A stretch of DNA of 29,783 nt from Trichodelitschia bisporula (GCA_010356995.1 ML996694.1:1233931-1263713), one strand, 5' to 3'; positions 1 to 11,085 are shown, numbered from the stretch's first letter. Program-made: numbers and translations. The notes: generated from the letters alone by a model not told the origin.

Positions 1-1437
1 GTCAGCCAATCCTCCAGCGCTACCTTGGGAGCTGAGCGTCCTGGGCAAAACGAGCCAATGTTGAATGAAAACTCTGGATCCGACGTTTGGCCGCCTTCCA
101 ATTCCAAGACCAAACTGGCGGATCAAAAGACAACAAAGCATTCAACCAAGACTACTATCGCGACACCCAACTCTGGTCCAAGTGACCAGGAACAACAGGA
201 CGAACAAATGGATAATGATCTGGAGCACTGGTTGGAGCTTACGGGCTACCACAACATTGCTAACCGCAAAAGGCTTCTGACAATCCACCGTCGCCGCAAG
301 CAGCTGGCTCGCGAGCTGGCCGAACTTGACCGTGAAGTCGCATCGGGTGTTCCTGTTGGCATCGCAGTCCCTTCGGCTGAGGCGCTCGTGGGCTCACCCG
401 TCGTCCCCGTCGCTCGGGCCGTCACCGTCTCCAGCGCGCTTCCCACGCCAACGGAGACCGCCCCGCCGAAGCCAACGGCCGTCAAGCATGAGACCAAAAA
501 GCGCCCACACTCTCCCGAGCCGCAAGCAGGCGCCGGCAAGCTCGCGCGCAAGGTCTCCCCAGTTCCAGCTCCCAAGGCCCCGAAGAATTCGTAACGCTCC
601 TCCCACATCCTACCTCACACGCGTCTAACTCTGCACAGCTACAAGACTGACTCGCCCGATGCGCCCCGCCGCCCCGCCTTCCAGCCCGCACCGCGTCGCT
701 CGCCTTCGCCGCGCTACGACAGCTTCCGCGGCCGTGGCCGTGAGCCATATCGCCGGTCGCCGTCTCCGGGTGGTCGTGCGTATGGCCGCTTTGCGCCGCA
801 CTCGCCAGAGCGTGAACGCTTTGACTATGGCCGTGGTCGTGGCCGTGGCCGTGGCCGCGGTGGTTCGCTCCGCGGCGGAGGCGGGCGCGATGTCTCGCCC
901 GTGCCGTTCAACAGCCTCCATGACGATGGTCAGTTGATGCTTTAGGACTTTCGTACTCTCGCTGATGGCACAGCGCGCTACTTCATCATCAAGTCGTGGA
1001 ACCATGAGAATGTTGATATTGCGATGCGCGAGGGCTCTTGGGTTACACAGGCGGCCAACGAGGGGATGTTCGCGGATGCGTACCGCAACAGTCGCAATGT
1101 CATCCTCTTCTTTTCCGTGAATAAGAGCGCTACGTTCCAGGGCTATGTACGTTTCTGAACCGGAAGTGCGTATGCTGACGATGCGCAGGCCAGAATGGAT
1201 TCCGCTCCCGGGGCAGCAACGCCGCCCAGCTGGGTAAACGAGCTAAGATGGCCCGCTTCCGCTCCGTTTAAGGTACACTGGATCCGCAAGCGCGATACGC
1301 ATTTCAGCAAGGTCGGGCATTTGAAAAATGCGTTCAATGATGATCAGCCGGTGCTTGTGGGAAGGGATGGGCAGGAGGTTGAGGAGTCGTGTGGGAGGGC
1401 GCTGTGTGAGATTATTGATGAGGAGTCGAGGTGGTAG
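1..1437 (+). CDS. YTH-domain RNA-binding protein (YTHDC1-like) with RS/RGG-rich linker; exons <=1..590, 639..928, 974..1146, 1189..1437; start at ATG 58 or upstream of the window
   Basis: Three GT-AG introns with branch sites (591-638, 929-973, 1147-1188) join the frames to give ARYFIIKSWNHENVDIAMREGSWVTQ...VILFFSVNKSATFQGYARM...FKVHWI...HLKNAFNDDQPVLVGRDGQEVEESCGRALC, the canonical YTH motif series. Frame +1 is open from base 1. Confidence 0.92.
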
Positions 1438-1446
1438 GATCATCTT

Positions 1447-1521
1447 TGGACTCTGGACATACGCCTGGACTATGGACATACGCCTGGACTATGGACATAC
1501 GCCTGGACTGTGGACATACGC
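1447..1521. repeat. 19-bp minisatellite x4 (TGGACTATGGACATACGCC) immediately after the YTH stop codon
   Basis: Copies start at 1447, 1466, 1485 and 1504 with only 1-2 differences. Confidence 0.95.
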
Positions 1522-2649
1522 TGGCTAGGGACGGCACTTTAGCCGGCATCAAAATACTGTAGCAAATACTGTCTTTTTATATGCACGTGAGGGATGTGAT
1601 GCTGTTCATGTTGTTTCGCTTGATGAAGTTGATCCTTGCCCGCAGGTGACGCAGACATGGCGCAGGAGCACTGTTATGTCAGGAAGGAGTGTACCTATCT
1701 TCGCACTTGCCATCGTCGTCCCGTCTCTTCCTCGAAGAGTGTCCCTCCGATGCCGGTGCGTACATGCCCTGAAATAAGGGTGTTCCTTCTGACGATAAGA
1801 TACGCCTGCCTGAGGTTTACATCACTGACATCCTCTTTTCAGGTTCAGAGCACTTGCTTTGATACCAAGTTAGAATCAACAACCGTCCCATTTAAACGCC
1901 CACGACGCTTTCACGAGTCTATTAGACTGATATGAAGCATTTGGGACAAGTCGAGTCCGCTCAATCAACCGATCGTGGACGTTCGTCCCGTCAATCAATC
2001 AACCTTGCTTTCGCGAAGACTGCATGATCGACTCCGCATATGCTGTAGAGGCTACTATAAATTCGTCCACATGAACAGGCATGCTGTACATAGTCTATTC
2101 ACGCTTGGTGTACTTCAGTCTGCATGAGCGGGACTCCCTCCACTCCGACTACATCCAAGCATCCCAAGAATCCTCTTCAGTCCACTCTCCAAGATCCCCA
2201 GATCAACCGACTACACCGACGACGACCATGACACTGCCGCTCTTCTCTTCACACTGTCCCGTCATGCCTCGCGGCAGACTGTTCTGGGAAATTCTCAGCA
2301 TTTGACTCGTACGCGGCATGGAGCAGATGCCGACCAGGCCCACACCGACGGCGAGAGCGAAGCCGCCTCTCTCTCAAGCCTAGCACACCCCCTTCGCGAC
2401 CACGACCACCTCCGCCTCATCCCCTCCTCACATTTTCACGTCCGCGCCGCACCCCTCCCACCGGTCCAAGGTCGCACAGCGCAGCCCATCGCGTCGCACA
2501 GGTCTCAGCTCGGGCATTTGCCACGCATCGTCGAAAATATCTGTACCACGTCGAGAATACCGGCTCGGGCCTCCACTTCATCTCCGCAAGAACCTTCGCT
2601 TTGGCTTTTCACCCGCTGTTGCGTTTTGCTCAGCCCCTCACGCGTCCGT

Positions 2650-3782
2650 TCACCCGCTCTCGCGCCTGACTTCGCTGCGTGACCTGCTGCCCAGGGCACT
2701 GGTCGGTGCATCGCGCCCCCGCTGCGGCCACTGCGCGCCGCGCCAGCCATTCGTCCAATGCGGGCCCTCGGGCGTATCCCACGGCGTATCCCCGCCCGCC
2801 GTCGCGGCTTCGAGATCGCGATGCGCGGGTGCGGAGGGCGAGGGGGAGGCGTGCCAGGTTGGCTTCGCAGACGTCGCCGAGGGACGGGAAGGACGCACAA
2901 AAGTCGGCGGGCCGTCGATGTCGTTATCCGGATCCAGAGAGAGAGCGGTGGAGCCGAGGCGAGCGAGGTGGTGGTGCTTGAGGCGGTCGAGCGCGGTCTT
3001 GAAGTCGTCCAGGATGATGGTGTCGGTCAGGCACTTGAAGACGAAGGCGAGTTTCCAGAAGGGGTTTATGCCCTCCGGGAGGGAGGAGCGGAAGACGGCG
3101 GTTACGGAGAGGATGTCGATGATTATAAAGGCGAGGGAGAGGGTCATGGCCGTCAGCAAAATGCCGAAGCGTGGGGAGACGCGGATGAGTTCGAGGAGGC
3201 CGAATTCGTAGCGGGTTTTTATGTTCCAGAAGACGTTGAGAGTCGTAAAAATCCACCAGGGGTCGCGGAAGAGGGCTTCGTACGGCCGGGTGTAGTGGAA
3301 GAGGCGGTTGATGTTATTGAAGTAGGTGAAGTTGGCGTAGATTTCGGTGACCCAGAAGCCGACGCTCAGGATGACAGTGGTGATGTAGATGGTACTGACG
3401 GTACGGCTGAGGAAGGGTTTGTTCTTCATCCACGCGACGATGTTGTGCATCACCCAGCTGATGTTGAGGAAGATGGCCGTGACGCTGAGGTACCAGCCAT
3501 ACGTCGGCGGATCGGGGAAGATGAAGGTGCCGTGCGGCATGCCGAGGATGAGCTGCGCATCGTGCATCAGTCCATTTATCTGCACGGAAAGGTGAGCGCG
3601 GCCATTTTGCATACCTCGATCAGAATCAACTTGTGAAGCAGCCGCCCTTTGCGCATATTCGCCACCGTAACCCCCGCCATAATCACCAGCGAACCGACCA
3701 TGTACCCCTGCGCCCACGCCTCAAGCACCAGCCCATGCGGGTCCTTCGGCTTCCCGACATCACCATCCGCGTCCACAGCCAT
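2650..3782 (-). CDS. Conserved fungal integral membrane protein (about 6-7 TM, uncharacterised); exons 3782..3615, 3552..2650
   Basis: ATG 3782 (MAVDADGD...LEAWAQGYMVGSL...LHKLILIE). A GTATGC..CTGAT..CAG intron at 3614-3553 joins in frame to LILGMPHGTFIF...RPYEALFRDPWW...GINPFWKLAFVFKCLTDTIILDDFKTALDRL, with several hydrophobic helices and a low-complexity tail. Confidence 0.85.
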
Positions 3783-4752
3783 CTTGCTTCTCGTCCACAC
3801 AAAACAAATCGTCAAAATCCTCCACCTCTCAACAAGTCGCAGCCACAACCACCATCAGGTTACGAAGGCAAAGGGCAGGAGGTAAACGGTGAGACCACGA
3901 AACACCAAAACACGCGGCCAAACGGAGATCCCAAAACACATAAGGTTATCAGCCCCGCGCACTCGGATTCCCAAAATTCCCCGGGGCGGGATATGCCCGC
4001 CATATATGCTCCGCCCGCCCACTCGCGCCCGCCGACGCTACCGCAAGGGCGATCAGCCCGTCCCGGTGGGCATACCCCAGCCCCCGGTCTGGGCACGGCC
4101 TGCGCACGCCTATTCGAGCTCTACGCCGTGGTACATGGCCGGGTGGGCGGGGATGGCATGGAGGGGTGTGGGAAGAGGATGATTGGATGGAAGGCTTGCG
4201 ACGGAGTGCTACATTGGGGCTTTTTGGGGGTGTAATTTGGATTTTGGTGGAGGTGCTGGTGATGGCGGGTTGGTGAGCGCGGGGTTGGACGTTGCCGAGG
4301 GAGAGGGGGGGATGATGGCATGGCGTTTTTGGGGGAGGGGATCGGCAAGTGTTTTGCCTTGTGGGAGAGCGAGTGGAGACTTGCGAATGCAACTTGCGCG
4401 ATCGCGATGTATGACGCGCGATCTCTTGCCCGCCGTCATCGCCCCGGCGCGCGCACGACTTCATCGTCAGCGTCCAAGGCCCCAGCGCAACCACCAACCA
4501 GTTCTCATCCCCTGGGATCAGCCCGTCACCGCGCGCCGAGAAGTACAACATGGATCCCCCATCCTCATCCACCACCCCCGTCCCCGCTCCTCATGCCTTT
4601 AACAGGTACCTGGCGGCTTGACTCGCAGCGCTCCTGCTCCTCTCGGCTTTGTAGGAGATGACCAAGGACGCCGAGGGGGAGTGCCGAAGCTATTGAACCT
4701 ACGGATGTACTGGTATAGTACACCGTCTGACCTGCAATGCACCCTCGCGCAG

Positions 4753-4814
4753 TGCAAATGCAAATGCACCCGCACGTAATGCAAATGCAAATGCAAATGC
4801 AAATGCAGATGCAG
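4753..4814. repeat. (TGCAAA)n hexanucleotide microsatellite, interrupted
   Basis: Two runs of TGCAAA/TGCAGA units. These explain the spurious MQMQMQ, CICICI and HLHLHL ORFs. Confidence 0.9.
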
Positions 4815-5745
4815 CTGTACTTGAACGCTAACGTTACCTCCGCCATCTCGCACCCGCAGGCGGGGAATACAACCCACCCCGCTTACCGCCAGCCGTGCAC
4901 CGTGCCCTTCGATGTGCCGTTCGGGTGGCGGCCGGTAGGTCGCAGCGCAGCGCCTGTTCCTGGTGTCGAACTGAAGCTATCGCAAGGATCGCGGATCGTA
5001 CCGCACAGTATCCTCTATCTCATTACTTCGCTCCTACATAATTCCATATCTCCAAATGACCACTCCAGCAATACTGATCCCGACCCCCCTACCCTTCCTC
5101 CAAACCCACCCCTCAATCTCAATACCCTACCCCAGCCTCCCCGCCCCGCACCGCACCGCACCCCGGGTTACGTGCGGAGACCGCTCAACCCGACACACTG
5201 ACAGCCTTGCAAAACTGCCCCTCCCCCCCCAGCGCACCGAGTACATTACGCTCAACAAAGCCATTATATCCGCCGTCTTGTCAAACAAGGCTGAACCCTC
5301 AGCCTAGCCGTCGCCAATGGCGCGCGCCATCCACCAGCCGGCCGCCAGCCAGCCGCATTGTCCTGGGCGCTGGTGGCGCCATGGCGTCGCGTCGGAGGAT
5401 TCTTTATCTTCTATGTGGCGCAACGGCGCCGCGCATCGGAGGATTAATCGACAGCATCCGGTCCGGCTTGCTGTGGAATGTTTCTGTCCTGCATCTTGCG
5501 TCCTGCGTCCTGCGGCTTCGCTAATGCCGTGCCACCCTGCCTTGCGCACGTTGTCTTCCGAATGTTGTTCGCCCGGAGAGGCGTTGACGGTAGGGCGGGC
5601 GGTGTGGGAGATCGATGGGGGAAAAAATGTGGGTGCTTTGGTGTGCGGCATCGGGACATGGCTACAGAGAATACTCCGTACGGGACGGGTGAAAAAATTG
5701 GAGATGAGGCGGTGGGGCCTGGATAATACTCGTATGCAAAAAGGA

Positions 5746-5831
5746 TGGACGCGGAGGGAATTGAACCCTCGACCTTTCACAGGTTACGCAGCTGATGCGA
5801 AGCGAAAATCATACCCCTAGACCACACGCCC
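5746..5831 (-). tRNA. tRNA-Ala(CGC) with a 14-nt intron (5782-5795)
   Basis: Reverse complement: GGGCGTG-TGGTCTAGGGGTATGAT-TTTCGC-TT-CGC-A-[TCAGCTGCGTAACC]-T-GTGAAAGGTC-GAGGGTTCAATTCCCTC-CGCGTCC-A. It has the G3:U70 alanine identity pair, A/B boxes, an intron at the canonical 37/38 position and a TTTTT Pol III terminator at 5742-5738. Confidence 0.96.
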
Positions 5832-7226
5832 TGATTTGATACTAAATTTGGTGGTTAGTAATTGATATAGCAGATGCAATTTTCAAAATCGGCTTTCAGT
5901 CAAAGTCGGTGAAGTCCAGCGAGTGCACAAATTCCTAAAGATTTGAAATACGCTTAAGCTGGGAAAGGAACCCCAATTCAGTCACGGAATCTCCCAGCTC
6001 AAATCATGGACTCTCTTTCGCCATAAGTTGATGGATCGTCGATGTTCGTTGGGATTATTGACGGATGTTCCTTCCAGGCCGATTCCATCAATGCCGAGAC
6101 TCAGATATCACGAACCTCATATGCTAGCCGGCCACACCGACAATTGAAAGTCACATGGGAAGAGATGTAGTCGAGCTATCGCGCAGCAAGGAGGAGTGGA
6201 CGAGAAGGCACGTGGTGCACAAGAAGGAGGCGGATCGCACACCGGTTATAAGCAACAGGATTTGATTTCAATTCTACGTCAGCCAAAGTTGAAAGAAGGA
6301 AGCTATTCATCTCCACGCCTTCATCCTGTAACCACGGTAGTGCGGAGCACTCTTCTCCCTTTCACCTCCCTTCCGATCCGTTGCCGAGATGGTGATAGGC
6401 AATATCGGGGCCATCAACGGCACAACAGTCAAAGGGTCGGCATCGGGAGTCAAAGTGGCATGTCGCACCTTGCTGACCGTGGATGACGAGGTTCTCGTCG
6501 CCGCCGACGTCGGCCGCCAAGCGCACTCGGTGGACCGACTTCACGTCCAGGCTGGGGCGACCAGACGATGCTTACGGTGGGCAACAGGAGGAAGCTTCGA
6601 GGGTCTGCTAGGTCCATCTGCTGATGCTCCGGGAGCTAGCGCTAGGCGCATCCACGGTACCTTGGACTTAGACGGTTGCAGCAACTGGACATATGTTCTG
6701 TTCACGATGTCTGATGCCAGCTGGAGCGGACAATGGCGATGCCGGAGCATGTAGCCTCCTCGGCGAGCCGAAAAGCAAAGCCGCAACCACGACCTCCAGC
6801 CGCATAGGCAAAAGATCTGGCATCTCAACACCAAACCGGGTTCACCATCAGTCACTCACCCAATATCCCATCTCCCGACCCCAAAGGGTCTAGCCCTCAG
6901 TGGATCGGACCGCGTAGTCGCCCCCACCAAACTCCACCTCCGCGAGAGGGTACAGCCGGGTCGGTGTCGTGAGTCTCCGTCGCGCCGTCCTCACATATGC
7001 AGGCAAGCGCGCCTTCCAGCGCGCTCAGGAAGTTTGGACCCGAGTGCTGGCTCCTGCCGCTTTTGCGGTAGACACCACGCGCGTTCACAACACATCAACA
7101 AAACACCAACACGTACACCCATAGCAGCAATCTCCTTGACTTCTGCAACCGACACTCACCTCCCCACACAACTCCATCCACAAATCCACAACAACATTTC
7201 CATACTCCCACGACAGCATTACGGAA

Positions 7227-7710
7227 ATGGCTCGCTTCAATCACTCCACCCGCACGCACCCCTTCCTGGCGACACTCTCCACCGCCATCGCGAGAAAGCA
7301 GGCCATCATTGCCTCGCTCCAGCGCCTTCAGCCCGTCACCCTCTCCCGTCAGCGCAAGAAGTGGACCTTCAGTCCGCTGGAACTCAGCATCCCGGAGCTG
7401 CTGCTGCTGAGCGATCAACGCTTCGAGGGCTTAGTGGAGTCGTGTGCCATGAGCATTGGTGGGTCTGGTAGTCGATTTATGCGTTAACTGATGCGTTCAG
7501 AGTATGTGTCTCCAGATGAGGTCGTGTACAACAGGCAAGGATACTAGTTCTAGCAGGTGAGTATATCTCCGCCCTATCTTGTAGGCCTAACTCAACTCTT
7601 GATGCAGGGCGTTCAAAGAATCGGTGGTTCGACTCAGCATCGGTACGGCGTTTCGGTTATTTCGGCGGGATGGCGATAACGACTGGACGACCACGGCGAC
7701 CTTCTTCTAA
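7227..7710 (+). CDS. Possible small spliced orphan gene (MARFNHSTRTHPFLATL...); exon structure and 3' end unresolved
   Basis: The ATG follows a C/A-rich leader. Two intron-like segments of typical size occur: 7459-7500 (GTGGGT..CTGAT..CAG) and 7557-7607 (GTGAGT..CTAAC..CAG). Splicing the first gives a stop at 7545-7547 (92 aa). No recognisable domain. Confidence 0.35.
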
Positions 7711-7966
7711 GTTCGATGTTCATACAGATTCAATGAAATGAACAGGACTGAAATCCTTTGAAATCAAGACACGCTCTTCATGCTATGGCCATCGATGTTT
7801 CCAGTACCGAACGCCATGATCAGAATTACTCAGTGTCAATCACGCCGTCCATAACCCATTTATATTCCATAACGAAGCAAAACATATAGGTATATCTACG
7901 CGGCCGCAAAACCATGCACGCGGCCAGCGATCTATGAAACGCACAACCCTGTAACCAGACAACTGC

Positions 7967-9087
7967 TCACCAGCTCACCAGTCCCTTTTCTCGGTCAAAG
8001 CCGCCGCGCAGCTGCGTGTCCGGCTTGACCACCTTGCCCTGCATGACCGTATACCGCACAATGTTTTCGCAGTCCTCGGGCCGCACGCGCGCGAGCCAGA
8101 TGCACTGCCCGGCGCCAGCATCGTCAATCTTCTCGTCCGTGCCAGCTGCCTCCCCATTTCGCGGGTCCTCTTTCTCCTCCCCTTCTCCCGCCGTGGCATC
8201 CGCTTCCCCATTCTCCACTGTCTTCTCCCCCTCCACCTTCCTCTCCCCAAACGCCCCCGCCCTGCGATACACAATAACATTCGCCGCAAACTTATGCCCC
8301 CCCACATGACTAATAAAATAAATCCCAACCCCCCCCGGCCGTTCATCATGTAAATCCCTCGCCAACCCCCGCGGCCTCAAATGCCTTTCAAACTCCCGCC
8401 TAAGCAACGGCGCGCTCTGCCCGCACCGCACATCGCGCGTCCGCTGGCTGCACAGGAGGATAACGGCCTCGTGCGGACATGCGCGGATGCTGATTCCGTG
8501 CAGGGAGCGTGGGATGCTGAGCCCGTGCGTGTGCAGGGGGGAGGTGGTTTGGGGGGCGGAGTCGATTATGGAGACGAGGGTTTGTGTGGAGGAGGGGGTT
8601 ACGTTGTCGAGGAGGACGAAGGCGGGGAGGAGGAGGATGGTTGTTGCGCTCGCGTCCATGGAGGAGGGGACGGGCATGTCTGACGCGGACACTTTGAGGG
8701 GGTGTTTTGGGGGTGGGGAGGCCTTGGAGAGGGCTTGCATTATCGAGCCTTTTTCGTCGGCCACGTCGCGGACCTGCACGCGGGGGGTTAGCTGGCAATG
8801 AAGGGGGAGGGGGGGGATGGAAGTACCCAGTCATTCTTCCCCGTCGCAACGACGACATGCGCGCTCCACCCATTCACGCGCCCAAAGAGCACCTCATCCT
8901 GATCGACGGGGAACTTAGAAGGGTACCGGATCGTGCAGCTCGCGCAGTCATGGCTGCAGTCCTCGCCATCCGTCGCTGGGTCCGTAGGCGTGAATAGCGC
9001 GGCCGGTGTCGGTGCTTTGCGGAAGTCATTCGCGTGGAGCGTTTCATCCTTCCCGCGAATGCGGGATAGGAGGGATTGGAACGGCAT
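7967..9087 (-). CDS. APD1: Sucrase/ferredoxin-like (thioredoxin-like 2Fe-2S) protein, Apd1-like; exons 9087..8827, 8773..7967
   Basis: Intron 8826-8774 (GTACTT..CTAAC..CAG) gives ATGKNDW|VRDVADEKGS. Motifs LCSQRTRDVRCG (C-x8-C) and SHVGGHKFAANV (H-x-G-G-H) match the bis-histidyl 2Fe-2S Apd1/Aim32 family. N-terminal DCSHDCASC, as I recall in fungal Apd1 homologues. Confidence 0.88.
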
Positions 9088-9739
9088 GGTGGCCGTGGAG
9101 CTCGAGGGGAAAGCTGGGTGAATTGAGAGTGTGACGAGGCGGTATAAAATGAGGGAGTGACGTCGCGGCGATGAGGTCTTATCAGATCAAAAAGGCGGAA
9201 GGGTTCCGTGCTTGATGATTGGTGCGGGGGTCATGCAATCTGATAATTTTGCTGCCTAGTCGGCGATTCGGCGATAAGAGAGGCCGCGCATTCGGGCCGT
9301 GACGAATGGCGGCGCGACATGTAGAGTGCGGCCGGGAGGGACGGCAGTTTGCATATTCCTCACCTCGGTCGGTGTGCATGCAGTGCTGCTTGTCGTTGCC
9401 TAGACGATCTGGACGCGCGGCATGTGTTGCTTGTTTCGGATTTGTGGGCGGGGCTAAGCTGGGGCTTGCATGAGCGGGGCTTGCCAGATGCAACAACGTC
9501 CAAGGCATCATCGCGGATTTCCCTATTGGGATGCAAGTGCTTGCGGAGTTATCTATAAATCCGACTTTCTTTTCCGTTCGCTTTGGACTTGCACGAGCTT
9601 CAATGGCGCGACCACCATAAGGCCACGGCTCGAGTCGATGAGGGAAGAAGCTGCGCAGCTTCAAAACATGGCAAATTCGTTCGTTTCGTGCGGTATGACT
9701 TCAATATATGCTAACCGGCTTCTACAGCTTTCGTTCACG

Positions 9740-10600
9740 ATGCCCCTCACACTCTTAACCGGCGCTCCATCAGCCTTATCCTTAGCCTCCACGCCGGAAG
9801 CCGATCTCTACACGACCTTCGTCCCCGCAATCCGGCGATTCCTCGACTGTACAGCCGCACCGTCATCTCAAAGCCAACCATCAACCCCCCGACCAAAATG
9901 GCGAATCATATCCCCATTCCAGCCTTCCCTTCAACATCAAGCCCCCTCCTTCACTCCACCCTTCCAGCGAAGCATCTCCCTCCCCGCCCCCTCAACCCAA
10001 ACCGAAAGCACAACCCACACCCTCTCCTCCTTCTCCTCCACCCAGCCCTCACCCTCCACCCTCACCTCCTCCCCCTCTCCCCCAGCCTATCTCCCCCCCA
10101 CAACCCCCCTATCCACCCTCCCCCCCGCTCCCATCCTAACCGAAATCCTCCCCCGACTCATGCCCACAACCCTCCTCCTCGGCTGCATATCCCTCTCCCC
10201 CCCCCGCCCCCTTCCCCAAAACCAGTTCATCCGCGAACTCCTCAGCGGCGACCACACGGCATCCCCCTTCCGCATCGCCTTCTTCTACTCCGCTGGAAGC
10301 GCGCTGGAGAGCCAGCTAAACCGCGTTAGGCCGCGGGATGTGCTGGTTGTGCAGCGGGTTGTGCTGGTTGTTTATAGAGGTGTGGTGGGGGGGAGGAGTG
10401 TGGCCGGCGGTGGATTGTGGGGTCGATATGGGGTGGGGGGTACGGAGGTTAGGGTGCTTGGACGGGAGGGGTTGGTTCTGGGGGAGTGGGAGGGGGAGGA
10501 GGGGGAAAGGGTGGGGCGGGTTGCTGCGTGGGTGAGGGGGACTTTAGGGACGGGGGCTGAGGGGATGGAGGCGGAGGAGTTGCCGCCCGATACGCAGTGA
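9740..10600 (+). CDS. Probable OB-fold nucleic-acid-binding protein (uncharacterised fungal family)
   Basis: MPLTLLTGAP start, an S/P/T-rich linker, then TLLLGCISLSPPR...RELLSGDHT...FRIAFF...LNRVRPRDVLVVQRVVLVVYRGVVGGRS (OB-fold beta-strand pattern) and a C-terminal LPPDTQ. An intron-like CTAAC..CAG (ending 9727) upstream suggests a 5'-UTR intron rather than the ORF-track start at 9470. Confidence 0.7.
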   Translation: MPLTLLTGAPSALSLASTPEADLYTTFVPAIRRFLDCTAAPSSQSQPSTPRPKWRIISPFQPSLQHQAPSFTPPFQRSISLPAPSTQTESTTHTLSSFSSTQPSPSTLTSSPSPPAYLPPTTPLSTLPPAPILTEILPRLMPTTLLLGCISLSPPRPLPQNQFIRELLSGDHTASPFRIAFFYSAGSALESQLNRVRPRDVLVVQRVVLVVYRGVVGGRSVAGGGLWGRYGVGGTEVRVLGREGLVLGEWEGEEGERVGRVAAWVRGTLGTGAEGMEAEELPPDTQ

Positions 10601-10788
10601 TGGCAGAGGAGAGGGAACGGAGGAGTTGCCGCCTGATACGCAGTGACGGGGGAAGGAAGGGCACAGAAGGCTTTTCCACCTGGTACACAGTGATGGAAGA
10701 AGGAAGGGTAAAGAAGAGTTTCCACCTGATATACTGTTATGGAAGAAGGAAGGGCACAGAGGATTCGCCGCCTGATACACAGTGATAA
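10574..10788 (+). repeat. Tandem repeat, 46-47-bp unit x5, each copy containing the terminal codons and stop (ELPPDTQ*) of the upstream gene
   Basis: The core GAGTTGCCGCC(C/T)GATACGCAGTGA(T/C)GG recurs with the stop-equivalent triplet at 10598, 10644, 10691, 10737 (TTA) and 10783. Confidence 0.9.
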
Positions 10789-11085
10789 GGATGGAAGATG
10801 GGGATTGGCGTTGATGGCCGAGACTGTTGGTTGATAATGGCGGGCATCACCGTTCGGTCAGGCTTCTCACACAAGCCAATCTCAGAAACGAACGTATAAT
10901 TGAACCCGCCCACTACACAACACTCCCACTAGGTCTTAACCTTAAGCTTTTTCAAACCCATCTGACGCATAACAAACTCGTAGTATCTGTTCTTCCACTC
11001 CTCGCCTTCGAGATGAATGAAAATCCTAGCGGCATAAGGGTTCTTGCCCAAGTGCTCCATGAAAGTAAAGGCACTTGGCGCGTAC

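Noticed and set aside
2758..3636. 292-aa acidic ORF on the plus strand
   Set aside because: Antisense shadow of the membrane-protein gene.
4565..5201. ORFs with CICICI, HLHLHL or MQMQMQ runs
   Set aside because: Translations of the (TGCAAA)n microsatellite, with no other coding evidence.
6196..7090. Short overlapping ORFs and a GTGAGT..CAG intron-like segment on the minus strand
   Set aside because: No frame gives a stop-free, recognisable protein, so I cannot support a gene or pseudogene call.
10574..10788. CRISPR-like array (conserved core with intervening segments)
   Set aside because: The intervening segments are similar to one another (GAAGGAAGGG..AGA), the core is the end of a CDS, the genome is eukaryotic and there are no cas genes. 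It is a tandem repeat.
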